64,000 bases of DNA from Octopus vulgaris (Eukaryota). Position 1 is the stretch's first letter. Each line of letters starts with the position of its first letter. Shown in pieces: positions 13,001 to 25,716 of this stretch. The position numbers and the translations under genes are program-made. The notes beneath the pieces are model-generated. The model searched no databases. It saw only the letters and a program-made list of their open reading frames with translations, and had not been told where the DNA came from. The DNA lies in the NCBI GenBank assembly GCA_951406725.2, contig OX597820.1, forward strand, positions 88,164,001-88,228,000, read 5' to 3'.

Positions 13001-14142
13001 GCTGATTCTCACCACATCATGTCAGCTATGCTGATTCGATCTTCTTAACAACAAATACAGTACATAGCTGCCCATCACTGGCTCTCTTCTAATATCCACT
13101 TCACACTTTATCATATTGTCCCTTCTTTCACTTTCTGTTATTCCTTTCGTTCTTTCACTCTAGTTCTCTCTCTGTGTCATCACTCTCACTTCAAATTACT
13201 ATCTTGCTTACATTCTCTTGAGACAACATAGAGTAGAGTCTTGCAGGGAAAAAGATCCTCTCTAGTGTTGGTGCTATTATAAACTGCACTCACACATTTT
13301 GGAAAGTGGTTGGGACACTGAAGAGGATCAAGAGGACTCTTTAGTCTTCCTGACGACATGACAACTTCTCTAGAGCTGGAGCTGCAATAGAATGCACCCA
13401 ATGCACTCTGTGAAGTGGATGGTTTAGGGAAGTCATCAAAATGGAATGTATATTGTTTCCAACTCATCTAGAAGGGCGGTAACTCTAAATTGAAACTTCT
13501 TTGGACTATGATGACTCACCCAACCCATGCCAGCATGAAAAGTAGATGTAAAGTGATGATGATAATGACTAAGCACAGGCTTAGTGAAGGTGTTAAGAAG
13601 ATCCCTTCATAATGATGAGAATCTGAGTTTAATCCTATCCTGCAACACTTTGACGAAATATGTTTAACTGTCATCTCTTATACTAAAATCTTCTGAGCAA
13701 AATTCCATCGATGGAAACTGAATCAAAATTCATTGGGTGTACTATATACGTACTTCAAAGAACCAACCATGGAGAGCTGCACTAGGTTCCAGTCTGATTT
13801 GGTTTGGTTTCTATGGTTGGATGCCCTTCCTAACACAAGCCACTTATTTAGTTGTGCATTGTCTTGCAGCTTCAAAATTACAAAGATGCGATTGTTTATT
13901 TTTAGAATAACAGTGTAGAGAAGGTGTGTGAGAAGACAGGTCCAGCTGGTTTGAACATAAACATGAAACAGATAGAATAATTTAGCTGAATATGGCAGTT
14001 TAAATGCTAAAGGGTAAAGACAACAATATAGAGAGTTACAATGATAGGACAAGTTAATAGGGATATCATCAAAGAAGCAACTGAAAAGTTAAGGGTATGA
14101 ATCTCATACAATCTCTTTTTATTTTTAACATTTATTTATTTA

Positions 14143-14514
14143 CTAGCAGTATCGCTCCGTGTTTCGACCCTTTAGAATTGGAATTTTTGAAAAGTAAAAA
14201 TGTTGCATTATGTAGCTTGTTATTCTCTGAACATTTTTGTGGTTGAAATACACCGAAAAATGGCAACACAACAGTAAAAAAAATCGTAAAAAATAGGGAT
14301 TTTCATAGAAAAAAAGCACCTTTTTGATGTAAATAATTTTTGGCCTTAACATGGTCTGATTTTAATTTTATCTTCTACGGAATAAAGAGCAAGCCTTCTT
14401 CTATCGTACTCTCAATTTTGGTCAACTTGCGCCACAGGGTCTCGGAGGAGATAGTGTTAGTTGAAGGCTACCAAACCTGCCACACACAGACAACTTCAGC
14501 ATTATATATATAGA
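14143..14514 (-). mobile_element. Non-autonomous Helitron (termini shared with 33742 copy, different interior)
   Basis: TC-TATATATAAT..CTGAAGTTGT start and GCGATACTGCTAG end on the minus strand. Confidence 0.75.
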
Positions 14515-14912
14515 TGTGTAATGCAAACATTGAAACTGTAAGCTATAGATTCATCAAATTCATTTATTTTAACATTATTTCATATCTTAATAGAAAATGA
14601 GACATTGTAAACAGGAATAAAGCTTCAGGAAAAGCATTTTAATATAATAACAAAAATGAGTATTGTTTTTATTTATTTTTTTTATTTTTATTGTTCTTTT
14701 TATTTTGTTTTATTTTATTTTTCCGTGTTCTCTCTCTTTTTAAACACTGAGCAAGTATTCTGTTGCTTTTTCTTCTCTTATTAAAGCAATTTACTGTACT
14801 GAAACATGCTCTCTGCTTTTGCAATGAAACAAGTAAAAGAGATGAACCTAAAGACATCTCAAGTTAACATGAAATATATAAATGTAGCTGATTTTTCATG
14901 TAAGATTTCCAT

Positions 14913-15197
14913 TCAGTTGTGGCTGTAGTTGCTTCCATATACTTCTTCTCTGCTTAATACTCTATCACTCAGACCAGGCACAAATGTCATACCAGACTTA
15001 AATGGGCTTCCTTTCTTAAAGTGTTTAAATCTATCGGATTTAGTTATTTTTCCAATGTTTCCAGCTTTACCGAACCTACCAAATTTACCATCTATACTGG
15101 CTCTACCAGTTCTACCAGTTCTACCAGCTTTACCAGCTTTACCAGTTCTACCGGCTTTCCGACCTTTACCAGATTTTTTAGCCTTTGCGTCGGATGC
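14913..15197 (-). CDS. ANKMY1: ANKMY1 terminal exon, basic Gly-Lys/Arg repeat tail ending NYSHN*
   Basis: cttttttgcag acceptor, 95 codons including TGA; several AATAAA on the minus strand at ~14668-14719. Confidence 0.75.
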   Translation of the reverse strand, partial: ASDAKAKKSGKGRKAGRTGKAGKAGRTGRTGRASIDGKFGRFGKAGNIGKITKSDRFKHFKKGSPFKSGMTFVPGLSDRVLSREEVYGSNYSHN

Positions 15198-15777
15198 CTG
15201 CAAAAAAGAAGAACCGTTCAGATTTGAGATAAACAACAGCATTCTTTTATTCTTTTACTTGTTTCAGTCATTTGACTGCGGCCATGCTGGAGCACTGCCT
15301 TTATTTAAACAAATCAACCTTAGGACTTATTCTTTGTAAGCCGAGTACTTACTCTATCGGTCTGTTTTGCCAAACTGTTAAGTTACGGGGGCCTAAACAC
15401 ATCAGTTGTCAAGCGATGGTGGTGGGGACAAACACAGACACACAAACATATACATGTATATATATATATACATACATATATATCATCATCATCATCATGT
15501 TGCTACACATCGCTGGTCACAATGCGTTCGCATTGTTTTAGCCTTCGAATGACGCCACCCTGCTGGCTAAGCAAGCAGGCCAAAAGAAGAAAGAGTGAGA
15601 GAAAGTTGTGGTGAAAGAGTACAGCAGGGATCACCCCCCCCCCCCCTGCCGGAGCCTCGTGGAGCTTTTAGGTGTTTTCGCTCAATAAACACTCACAACG
15701 CCCAGTCTAGGAATCGAAACCGCGATCATACGACCACGAGTCTGCTGCCCTAACCACTAGGCCATTGCGCCTCCACA

Positions 15778-15876
<99 letters not shown>

Positions 15877-17584
15877 GCTTCTTCAGTTTCCATCTCCCAC
15901 ATCCACTCACAAGGCTTTGGTTGGCCTAAGGCTATAGTAGAAGACTTGCCCAAGGTACCATGCAGTGAGACAACCCAGAACCATGTGGTTGGGAAGCAAA
16001 CTTATTACACAGCCTCTCCTGCACATTCATATGTGTAAATGCAACTATAAGTTTTTGTAAATAGAAGCTTGTCTTACATTTCATGATAAAAGGGTAAAGA
16101 CCCCTTTCGATCATGAATTACTATGGGATTGCACCGGGAAAGTTCTCTGAAGCACATGACCAGGCAAGGTTGTTTATGGAAGACAGGCAGTTGCTCATAC
16201 CAGCCTCCCCCTCTACACTCCACTGATGTTATCCAAGGGAAAAGCAAAGGCCAAAACAGCTTTGGTACCAGTGATGTTGCAACTCATTTCTACAGCTGAG
16301 TGAACTGGAGCAATGTAACATAAAGTATCTTGCTCAAGAACACAGCCCTGTCCAGGAATTGAACTTACTATCTCATGATTGTGAGCTCCATGCTCTAGCC
16401 ACTGAGCCATGCACCTCCACGTGTATTTCACGATACACTCTTTTACTCTTTTACTTGTTTCAGTCATTTGACTGTGACCATGCTGAAGCATCCATGTTTA
16501 AGCAGGAATAGATAAAATAAATGGTAGTCATTAATCTCCTCACAACAACAAGCCTGTTTCTGTTTCTCTCATTATACTTTAACTCCTCAACACTTAGCAT
16601 AAATTAACCTGCCTTTGCACAATTTTCCTTCATAGTTGAAGGAGGAGGGGGGGCTCTTTAGTCTTATTACAAGGCAATCTCACTAATGTTGTCGATGCCA
16701 TGAAAAAAAAAAAAGCAATCAGTACACTCTGTGAGGTGATTGCCACTAGGAAGGGCATCCATTGATAGAGCTGTTCAAGAATTTGGACCTGGAGATCTCC
16801 ATTTCCAGCGACTTCGAGGGCCACCTCCCAGTGGTGTCGGGTGTCAACGAAGAGCCCTCGACTACAAGACGACCGAAGTTTTTTTTTCCATGGTCTGGGG
16901 TCTCCCGCCCCTAAGCCCTAGACCATCTCTTAATCACCCTTATCCGTCTTGATGCTTAACAACAACAACAAAAATCCATTGATAAAAATCAGGACATGGA
17001 AAGAGAGACATAATTCTTCAGTCTGTAGAATCTCATGCCTGCATGGAAAGTAGATGTGAAATGATGCTAATGATGGTGATATATACGATCGGCTTCATGC
17101 AGATTCAACCAAATTTATTCACATGGAACTGGTTGGTTCAAGGTTACAGAAGACACTTACTCAATTTGCAGTGCAGTGAGGGTAGAACACCCAAAACTAT
17201 GAAGTTGTGAAGTGAACTTCATAACAAGATGGCTATGCTTACTCTTAACAACTTAGAAAATAGGATTCATTGATTAATGTTTTAATGTTAATGCTTGAAA
17301 TATTTGCTCTAGCAAAGCATAAAAAAAAGCAACCATAGAGTTTCCTATTCAAACTTTACATTTTTTTTTTTTTAATTTTCCCTTCTTTACCAATTTTAGC
17401 ACATCAAACCTTCTGGTTGGTTGTAACAGTTTGACATTTTAATAGAACATTATGGTAAAGTCTAGGGAAAATTTGGTAAAAATTCTTAGTTCTATTATGT
17501 CTGCGGAGAGTCATTTTCTTTTTGTGCCTTATAATGTAACACACTCACCGGTAAAATTTCCACTTATTTCTTATTTTTATTTCC

Positions 17585-17621
17585 CTAAAATTTTCATTGC
17601 GTCTTGCAACCTTTTCAACAG
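17585..17621 (-). ncRNA. Variant hammerhead-like motif with U3-A8 core
   Basis: CTG-TTGAAAA-G-GTTGC..GCAAT-GAA-AATT-T-TAG; stem I only 3 bp. Confidence 0.35.
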
Positions 17622-17858
17622 TCTTGACTCTGTCCGTTATTTACACTGCGTTCCCTTTTTTTTGTGTGTGGGTCACTCTGTGTGTGTGTGCCTATGCATG
17701 CATGCATGTACGTATGTATGTGTGTATGTATGTTTGCATGTGTATGTATGTATATATGTGTGTGTATGCATATGTATATATGTATGTATGTGTGTTCTTA
17801 GTCTAGTTTTCAAAGTAATAATTTCAGTAAAGATAAGTAAAACAAAAACAAAACAAAT

Positions 17859-17908
<50 letters not shown>

Positions 17909-17921
17909 CAAAACAACTTAC

Positions 17922-17947
17922 CTGACCTCCTCTCTTCTTTGCTCTTC
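17922..17947 (-). CDS. ANKMY1: ANKMY1 26-nt micro-exon (RRAKKRGGQ)
   Basis: ttttacag acceptor and consensus CAG|gtaagt donor; phase 1-0 joins the MYND exon to the last exon. Confidence 0.65.
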
Positions 17948-19570
17948 CTGTAAAATAGATGTAAAACAAATTGCAGGTGATCAAAGAAAATATGAACATA
18001 TTCATGAATAATATTGTAATGCAGTTGTTCACAGGATAAGTATCTACACAAAAACATGCCCTTTCATATTTATTATATGCGATTAAGGTGAGTCCGAAGT
18101 TTTTTGTCTCTTTAGTACATTGCCTGGTGGTTATGGATGTGTGACTCCTGAAGTGAGCATCATGTTGGATTCTTGAACAAGGCAATTCATTTCAGGTTGC
18201 TCCACTCTACTCTGCTATAATGAGTACTAACTAGGTGTTGGTGCAGCTCCCTCTCTCTTCCCCTCCCCCTCTCTTTCCAGCTCTCTTGTTCTCAATGTCT
18301 AGCCGAGTGAGTCACAGGATGGTGAGCTGAAAGAGTGTCTCTGCCTGCTTGCAAATACATAGGAAACTTAAGTAATTCCTTTCTACTCAAGGCACAGGGC
18401 CCGAAATTTTTGGGAAGGGAGCCAGTTGATTAGATCAACCCCAGTACGCAACTGGTACTTAATTTATCGACCACGAAAGGATGAAAGGTAAAGTCAACCT
18501 CGGCAGAATTTGAACTCAGAATGTAAAGACAGATGAAATACCTATTTCTTTACTACCCACAAGGGGCTAAACACAGAGAGGACAAACAGATTAAGTTAAT
18601 TATATCGACGCCAGTGCGTAACTGGTACTTATTTAATCGACCCCGAAAGGATGAAAGGCAAAGTCAACCTCAGAACGTAACGAAAGACGAAATACCACTA
18701 AGCACTTCGCCCGGTGCGCTAACGTGTCTACCAGTATATAATATATAATATATATAATGAAATTATTGTATACAGTGCTCCGGTGACTATAGTATATATA
18801 ATAGGAAGTCTTATATTGTTATTACTATTGTTTAATCTGATCTCAAATATGACCAAGCAGACCTAGAATTAAAAGCATTTTATTTGTGACTATTCTGTCT
18901 TTTTAGGTGTATGTAAGACAACATTGTCGTGTGTCCTCTTGTTTTTGAAAACAGTAAGATCTGACATTGGAAGTGGGCCAGCTTTAATAGGAGAACAGAA
19001 TCTGTTGCCTAGAGAAGACACAAATATAGCTACCTTGTAGTATAGAAGACATACATGTGTGACAACAGTGGTGGAACATGTCCAAAAAAGGGTTTTGGTT
19101 GCTGTTTCAGTGAGCAGTCTCAGATGACTCAAAGATGAAGTGCATTTGCAGCCAGGGACATTTAATGTAAATAGTACAAAACTGGGTTAGTAGTTTTACA
19201 ATGTTTCATAAAAGTGAGAGCTTTGTAAGCCATGCCATTGTTGTTGTAAGCAGTTGATGGCTACACTGATTAGCCAAGGGCTAAACAACAACCACCCTAT
19301 GTCATTAAAGAAATCTCTACAGGGTCACACAACCATGAATAATAGATTGAAGCTTAACACAATAATGACTGGCAGTGAATGGTTTCTGATTTAAGCACAA
19401 GGCCATTGATTTTGAGGAGAGGGGTTAATCAATACCATTGACCTCAGTACTTGATGGTATTATATCTTATTGACTCCAAAAGGATAAAGGCAGAGCTGAC
19501 CTCAGTGGGATTTGAACTTAAGATGTAAAGTGCCATAACTAAATACTGCAACATATTTTGTCATCCACCT

Positions 19571-20168
19571 ATTTCTTTATTGCCCACATGGGACTAAATA
19601 TAGAGGGTACGAACAAGGCCAGACAAAGGGATTAAGTCGATTACATCGACCCCAGTGTGCAATTGGTACTTAATTTATCGACCCCAAAAGGATAAAAGGC
19701 AAAGTCAACCTCGGCAGAATTTGAACTCAGAACGTAGCGGCAGATGAAATACCTATTTCTTTACTACCCACAAGGGGCTAAAAACAGAGAGGACAAACAA
19801 GGACAGAAAAACGGATTAAGTCGATTATATCGACCCCAGTGCGTAACTGCTACTTATTTAATCGACCCCGAAAGGACGAAAGGCAAAGTCCACCTCAGCG
19901 GAATTTGAACTCAGAACGTAGCAGCAGATGAAATACCTATTTCTTTACTACCCACAAGGGGCTAAACACAGAGAGGACAAACAAGGACAGACAAACGGAT
20001 TAAGTCGATTACATTGACCCCAGTGCGTAACTGGTACTTAATTTATTGACCCTGAAAGGATGAAAGTCAAAGTCGACCTTGGCGGAATTTGAACTCAGAA
20101 CGTAACGGCAGACAAAATACCGCTAAGCATTTCGCCCAGCGTACTAATGTTTCTGCCAGCTCGCCACC
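19571..20168 (-). mobile_element. Trimeric tRNA-derived SINE, family A, Meta-domain-like (monomers ~866, 11445, 29195, 29441, 30864, 31470, 41404, 49277; dimer ~18378)
   Basis: GCCTTTCATCCTTTCGGGGTCGATAAA core; TSD TTTGTCATCCACCT. Confidence 0.85.
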
Positions 20169-20301
20169 TTTGTCATCCACCTCTCAAAATGATTTTGCTA
20201 CTCCACCACCTGTCAAAACTACTTTCTTTGTTCACGAGATCCCTCACACAAACTGAAAAACTGAAAATTAGAAATTTTTAAACAAACAAGAGATACTCTA
20301 C

Positions 20302-20462
20302 TGTTTTCAACTATGCCTTGGCATTCGGTTTTATGCCTATCCGTCCATGCTGTTGATTTACACTTTTTACTGCAGTAGGAAACGGCTTTGCAGCGAGTGC
20401 ATGATTTCAGGTGCACATGCGCAGATCTGCAGCAGTCGTAACAATACTTGACTTCTGCTTGC
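20302..20462 (-). CDS. ANKMY1: ANKMY1 MYND zinc-finger exon (KYCYDCCRSAHVHLKSCTRCKAVSYCSKKCKSTAWTDRHKTEC)
   Basis: tttcag acceptor phase 2; MYND Cys/His spacing; donor ambiguous (GT starting at 20301 or 20296). Confidence 0.9.
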
Positions 20463-20904
20463 CTGAAAGTAAAAGTAATAGCTTTAAATATTATCAGCTT
20501 TAAACATTATGCCATTTAAGTGGTTCTTTTTTTAATTACTAATTTCAGAAGGAGGTGGTACCCAGAACCTGAGTAAGCCATCAACAGACAAGTGAGCCTG
20601 ATGCATGCCATTCATGCTGTTTCTAGTCAATCTCCTTACCAACAATTATCATGTAGCTGTCGATCACTTTCTCTCTCATTACTCTCACCCTCTCTCTCTT
20701 CCATTACTCTCTTCTTGTTGACAACCATTATGGAGATGTCTCTCTTTCTCATTACTTTCTCCTCACCATCAACCATCATATAGCTGTCTATTAGTGTTTC
20801 TCTTTTATAATTGAACATCTGTAGTTTGATATCTGGAGGAAAATCCTAAGTAGGGAGTGTTCCAGGGATATGCAGTTTAGGATAGGGACGACTGAAGGAC
20901 TAAA

Positions 20905-20943
<39 letters not shown>

Positions 20944-21799
20944 ATATGATATATATATAGGCACAGGCATGGCTGTATGGTAAGAAGCTTGCGTCTCAAC
21001 CACATGGTTCCAGGTTCAGTTCCATTGTGTGGCACCTTGGGCAAGTGTCTTCTACTATAGCCTCATGCTGATCAAAGCCTTGTGAGTGGATTTGGTAAGT
21101 GGAAACTGAAAGAAGTCCATTGTAGTACATGGTGAACAAAGGTTGGGTGGTTGTTGGTAAATATGAGTGTGATATGAGAATAAAAGTGTTAAAATGGTGT
21201 TAATTGTGACTAACTTAGAAGGGAATGAGTGGAGACCAGGAGCATAAAAATAGCGGTAGGAAATGGTTAGAAGTAATAGGTTTTAACTTCATTATTTACA
21301 ACCACAGAATAATACAGTAGATAGGAGAGTAATGGAGGAATGGGTGATAGAGATTAGGAGAGGAGTTAAAGTTTGCAAGTGTGTAGGGTGAGAGCGAGAG
21401 AGGGATAAAATAGGAGTAAAGGTAGATAATGAAAAAAATGATAGTATGGGTGGGGTGTGATGATGGTAAAAATGAGGGGTCCATCCTAAGCCACTTCTGA
21501 TAGACAACATCTGTTGTGTGCCTACACATATCACTTTGGTCACAATGTGCTAGAATTGCTGGGTGCATCTTCTAAAGCATTGTATATTGTCAATCATCTT
21601 GGTCCTTGATCGTCTCCATGGGACTCAGCATTCCTGGATTATCTTTCATCACCTCATGTTTTTCTGGGTCTTCTTCCTCCACAAGTTCCATGCAAGTTAA
21701 GCAATTGACGCTTCTCTGTATTATTATCCTCGTTATCCTTGCAATTTAGAACACCCTATTCTTCTAATCCTCATATTGTGGGACATTAACAAATCGCTC

Positions 21800-22170
21800 A
21801 CATTCTGATTTCTCCTTGACAAGTATATTTGTCACCTAACTTCTTTTTAAGCTATCTGCTATAATTTTCTGCTGCATCACTTTCTCTTGTTTTTCCAGAC
21901 CTGTTCTTTGCTGATATAGTCTGTCTACACCACAGTACTACCAGCATGTTACCTTCACTCTAAATATGAACTTTGCCCCATCCATTGACTTGGTAAACTT
22001 CAGCAAGTTGTCTCAAAAGAACTTTCAATTGTCCTTTATGCTGTAAGCTTTTATTTCCTCCTTATCATCAAATGCTTCAGCTAGTATTCTAAATTCCTGA
22101 CATTTTGCTGGATCTTTAAGCTTCTATACTTTTTCCCCTCTTTTCATCTTCTGAGCCCTCACAGCTCTAA
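21800..22170 (-). mobile_element. Highly decayed RTE-like LINE fragment
   Basis: KLKDPAKCQEF... endonuclease-RT linker-like remnants with stops. Confidence 0.45.
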
Positions 22171-22394
22171 ATCTGGACTCATTATAATAACTAATTGCCT
22201 GTTTGTTCATCTGTTCGTCCATCTGACCATCTGTCCATCTGTCCATCTACCTGTCTGTTTTACTGCATAGACAGATTAATAAAGACACACAGACTAGCAA
22301 ACAGATAGATATGGTAATATAAAATTCTCATATTTTATTTCTCCGGATACAATAGCACACACACATACACACACACACACACACATACACACAC

Positions 22395-22433
<39 letters not shown>

Positions 22434-23356
22434 AACACACTCTCTGATATACCCATACACACACACATGTACATTAACTGTCTCATACATATTCATTGGC
22501 TGAAAAATACTCTCCTGATTGTGAAACACCATTCCATTCTCCTCTCTTTCTCCACTTTATTCATTCACCAGTGGATTCTCATCATAAAGCATTACGCTCT
22601 GTTTCCTTCTCAGCTTTTTCTTGAAGAATCACTGTCCAAAATTATGGAAATTTCCCCTGTGTCTTCCTTACAGCAAGAAAATAATTACCTTTCTTTACTG
22701 TAATATAATATACAAGTATATATCGTTAGTATATAACACACTAATTATACATTTTACTAAAGTATATCATAGTACAATTTAAATACGCACACACACACAT
22801 ACATGCATATGCATATGCATTCATTCATTTGTTTTACATCTGGTGTCCATTCTAGCATGGGTTAGATGAATGATTATAGGTAACTACACCGCAGAGTTCA
22901 CTTCCATCAATTCACCATGAAGAAAGTTCTAGAAACAATGCTACAGAGAATATACAGATTTAGTAGAGGAAATGATCTGAAATTTGGCATGACATCCAAC
23001 CGTGGCCGTTTGCCAGCCTCCCCTGGCACCTGTGCTGGTGGCACGTAAAAAGCACCCACTACATTCACGGAGTGGTTGGCGTTAGGAAGGGCATCCAGCC
23101 GTAGAAACATTGCCAGATCAGACTGGGCCTCGTGCAGCCTTCTGGCTTCCCAGACCCCAGTTGAATCGTCCAACCCATGCTAGCATGGAAAGCAGACGCT
23201 AAATGATGATGATGAAATGTATCAAGGCAACGTTGAAAAATGGAAAATCAAATACTGAGCACTTTGAAGGCCACTGAGCTTTACTCAGTAGTGCAGTGAG
23301 GGCACAAAATAAAAATAAGCTACTGAAAAGTAATGCTGATGATACTGATGATAGCA

Positions 23357-23490
<134 letters not shown>

Positions 23491-23813
23491 ATAGTTATTC
23501 TTTTACAGTGAACTTATTATTTCTCCATAAGCTTTCCTCGCAGTGAACTTTCCAGTAGTGAATTGATGTAATATGCTGAGGTATTGTTTTACAGCCCGAT
23601 GCACTTGCTGTCATTAACACTTGTATTTCAAGTAAGTTGGGAGGTTTTCCTTCAACTTGTCTTTGACAGTTCAAACTACCAGATGGTTTGTGGGTTGGGA
23701 AATGTCAACAAAAGACACTGTGTGTTGCTCAGATCAACACAGAATGTAAGGATTAGCACTGAAACACTCATACACTTACATAAACACACACACATGCACA
23801 GATATATATAAAT

Positions 23814-23846
<33 letters not shown>

Positions 23847-24004
23847 TATATATATTTAAGTAGATGAATGAATTATCCTAGTATGGATAATTCGGTTAAT
23901 CGATACCTGGGTAGCAAAATCACGTCAGTAAAACACGGTTGAAGTTACATGCCAAGGGCCGAACCCCGTGTTCGTGTGTGGAAATTTGTGTGTTTTTTTA
24001 AATG

Positions 24005-24175
24005 AATAAATGAAAAGAATGGAGTCGAACGAGGTTCCTTGTATTTCCTGATGAGAAGACGGCATAATGCAACCTTCATTCCTTCGAAATTAAGAGTATG
24101 CAGTCTTCGAAACATATGTCGAAAGTAAAGGAATTTTGTTAAAATCTTCGTTCGACTCCATTCTTTTCATTTATT
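24005..24175 (+). ncRNA. Type I hammerhead ribozyme motif with extended stem I
   Basis: TTTC-CTGATGA-GAAGAC..GTCTTC-GAAA-CATATG-TC-GAAA; GUC cleavage triplet ending at 24120; enclosing 28-bp perfect inverted repeat. Confidence 0.85.
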
Positions 24176-24929
24176 TATATATATATATAAATATATATAT
24201 ATATATGGAGGGCGTCCAGCTATGAAAATCATGCCGAAACTAACCTTGCCTGTGCTAGTGCTATGTAAAAAGCATTGAGTCCACTCTGTGGAGTGATTGG
24301 TGTCAGGAAGGGCATCCAGCCATAAAATCTCTGCCAAAGCAGACACATAGTCTAGGGTAGTTTTTCTACCTGGCTGGCTCCTGTCAACCGTCCTACCCAT
24401 GCAGGCATAGAAGATGGATGTTAAACGATGATGATGATGGTAATGGTATATATATATATATATATAAAATCAATCAAAGGACATACTAGGTATGTCAACC
24501 TGCTTGAAATAACAGTCAAAACTCTTATTAAATCGCCAAAAATACACCGATGAGAACTACAGAAATCAAACGAAGGCAAAATCAGGTTAAGACAATCTAC
24601 TAACATGCATTTAAGTATTTGGACTCACGTGGATTGATTTCTGCATTGGTAAAATAAAACCTTAGCTTCTTCAGCATGCGTTACCATGATTAGAGACTCC
24701 CAACCTATCGCTTCGAAGTCTGTGCTGCAACTGATTCGTTTCATGCCGAAATCATAACAGCCACCGGTGTAAAATAATCTCGATACAATTTACGAGAAAA
24801 ATAATTCACCAAAAATTAATTTACGAAGGTGTCAAATTGTTAAATTGGAAAATAATAGAATTAATGACACCTTCGTAAATTAATTTTTGGTATATATATA
24901 TATATATATATATGGTGGATTCTCTCATT

Positions 24930-25676
24930 GAAGACGACGAATGAGTGTTCAGTAAATAACCTTCAACAATTCCTAAGCCTTGTGACACCGCATGTGTACC
25001 TTCAATCCAGCAGATGTCTTGCACACTTTCTCGCAAATGGTACACTTGCATGTATTCGTTGGTTCAAAATGTCTTCTCGAGTGGACAGCTAACCCAGCTT
25101 TACTTCGTGCTTTAAACCCACAGTGGCACACGCAGTCATTGTTTGGTGGATTTTGCTGATGCATTGCTTTCAAATTTGCCCGAAGGGCATCCCTATGATG
25201 AAGACGGTTACTTTCAAATTCTCTAGTCTTTAGAAAACACATTTTCCTCCACTTGCTGCGATCCCCTGCTGCACCCTCTGAGGAGCTCAGAGCAATGTCA
25301 CAATGCTTCAGATTGTCTTTTAGTTTGTCCTTGTATCGAAGAAGAGGACGCCCTGTTGGACGGGAAGAATTTGTCAATTGCCCATAAAAAAACTGCTTTG
25401 GAACTCTTGAGTCATCCATTCTTATGAGATGACCAGACCACCGCATTTGTATCTTAATCAAAAATGTTTCAATACCAGTGATCTCACACCTCTCCAGTAA
25501 CTCACTATTTCGAATATGATCTTGCCATTTAACATTGCAAATAGAATGCAGACATCTCATATGGAAGGAATCAAGCTGATTGATATGCTTGCGATACAAG
25601 GTCCACATTTCGGCACCATACAGAAGAGTAGATAGAACAACAGATTTGTAGACTGCTACTTTTACTTTCAGAGACA
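24930..25676 (-). mobile_element. 5'-truncated RTE-clade LINE with C-terminal C2H2-like fingers
   Basis: KVAVYKSVVLSTLLYGAEMWTLY...RWSGHLIRMDDSRVPKQFFYGQL...GRPLLRYKD. Confidence 0.85.
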
Positions 25677-25681
25677 TATAA

Positions 25682-25716
<35 letters not shown>

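Noticed and set aside
14929-15339. 136-aa plus-strand ORF (PVLPALP repeats)
   Set aside because: It is the antisense shadow of the repetitive ANKMY1 last exon and runs into a SINE.
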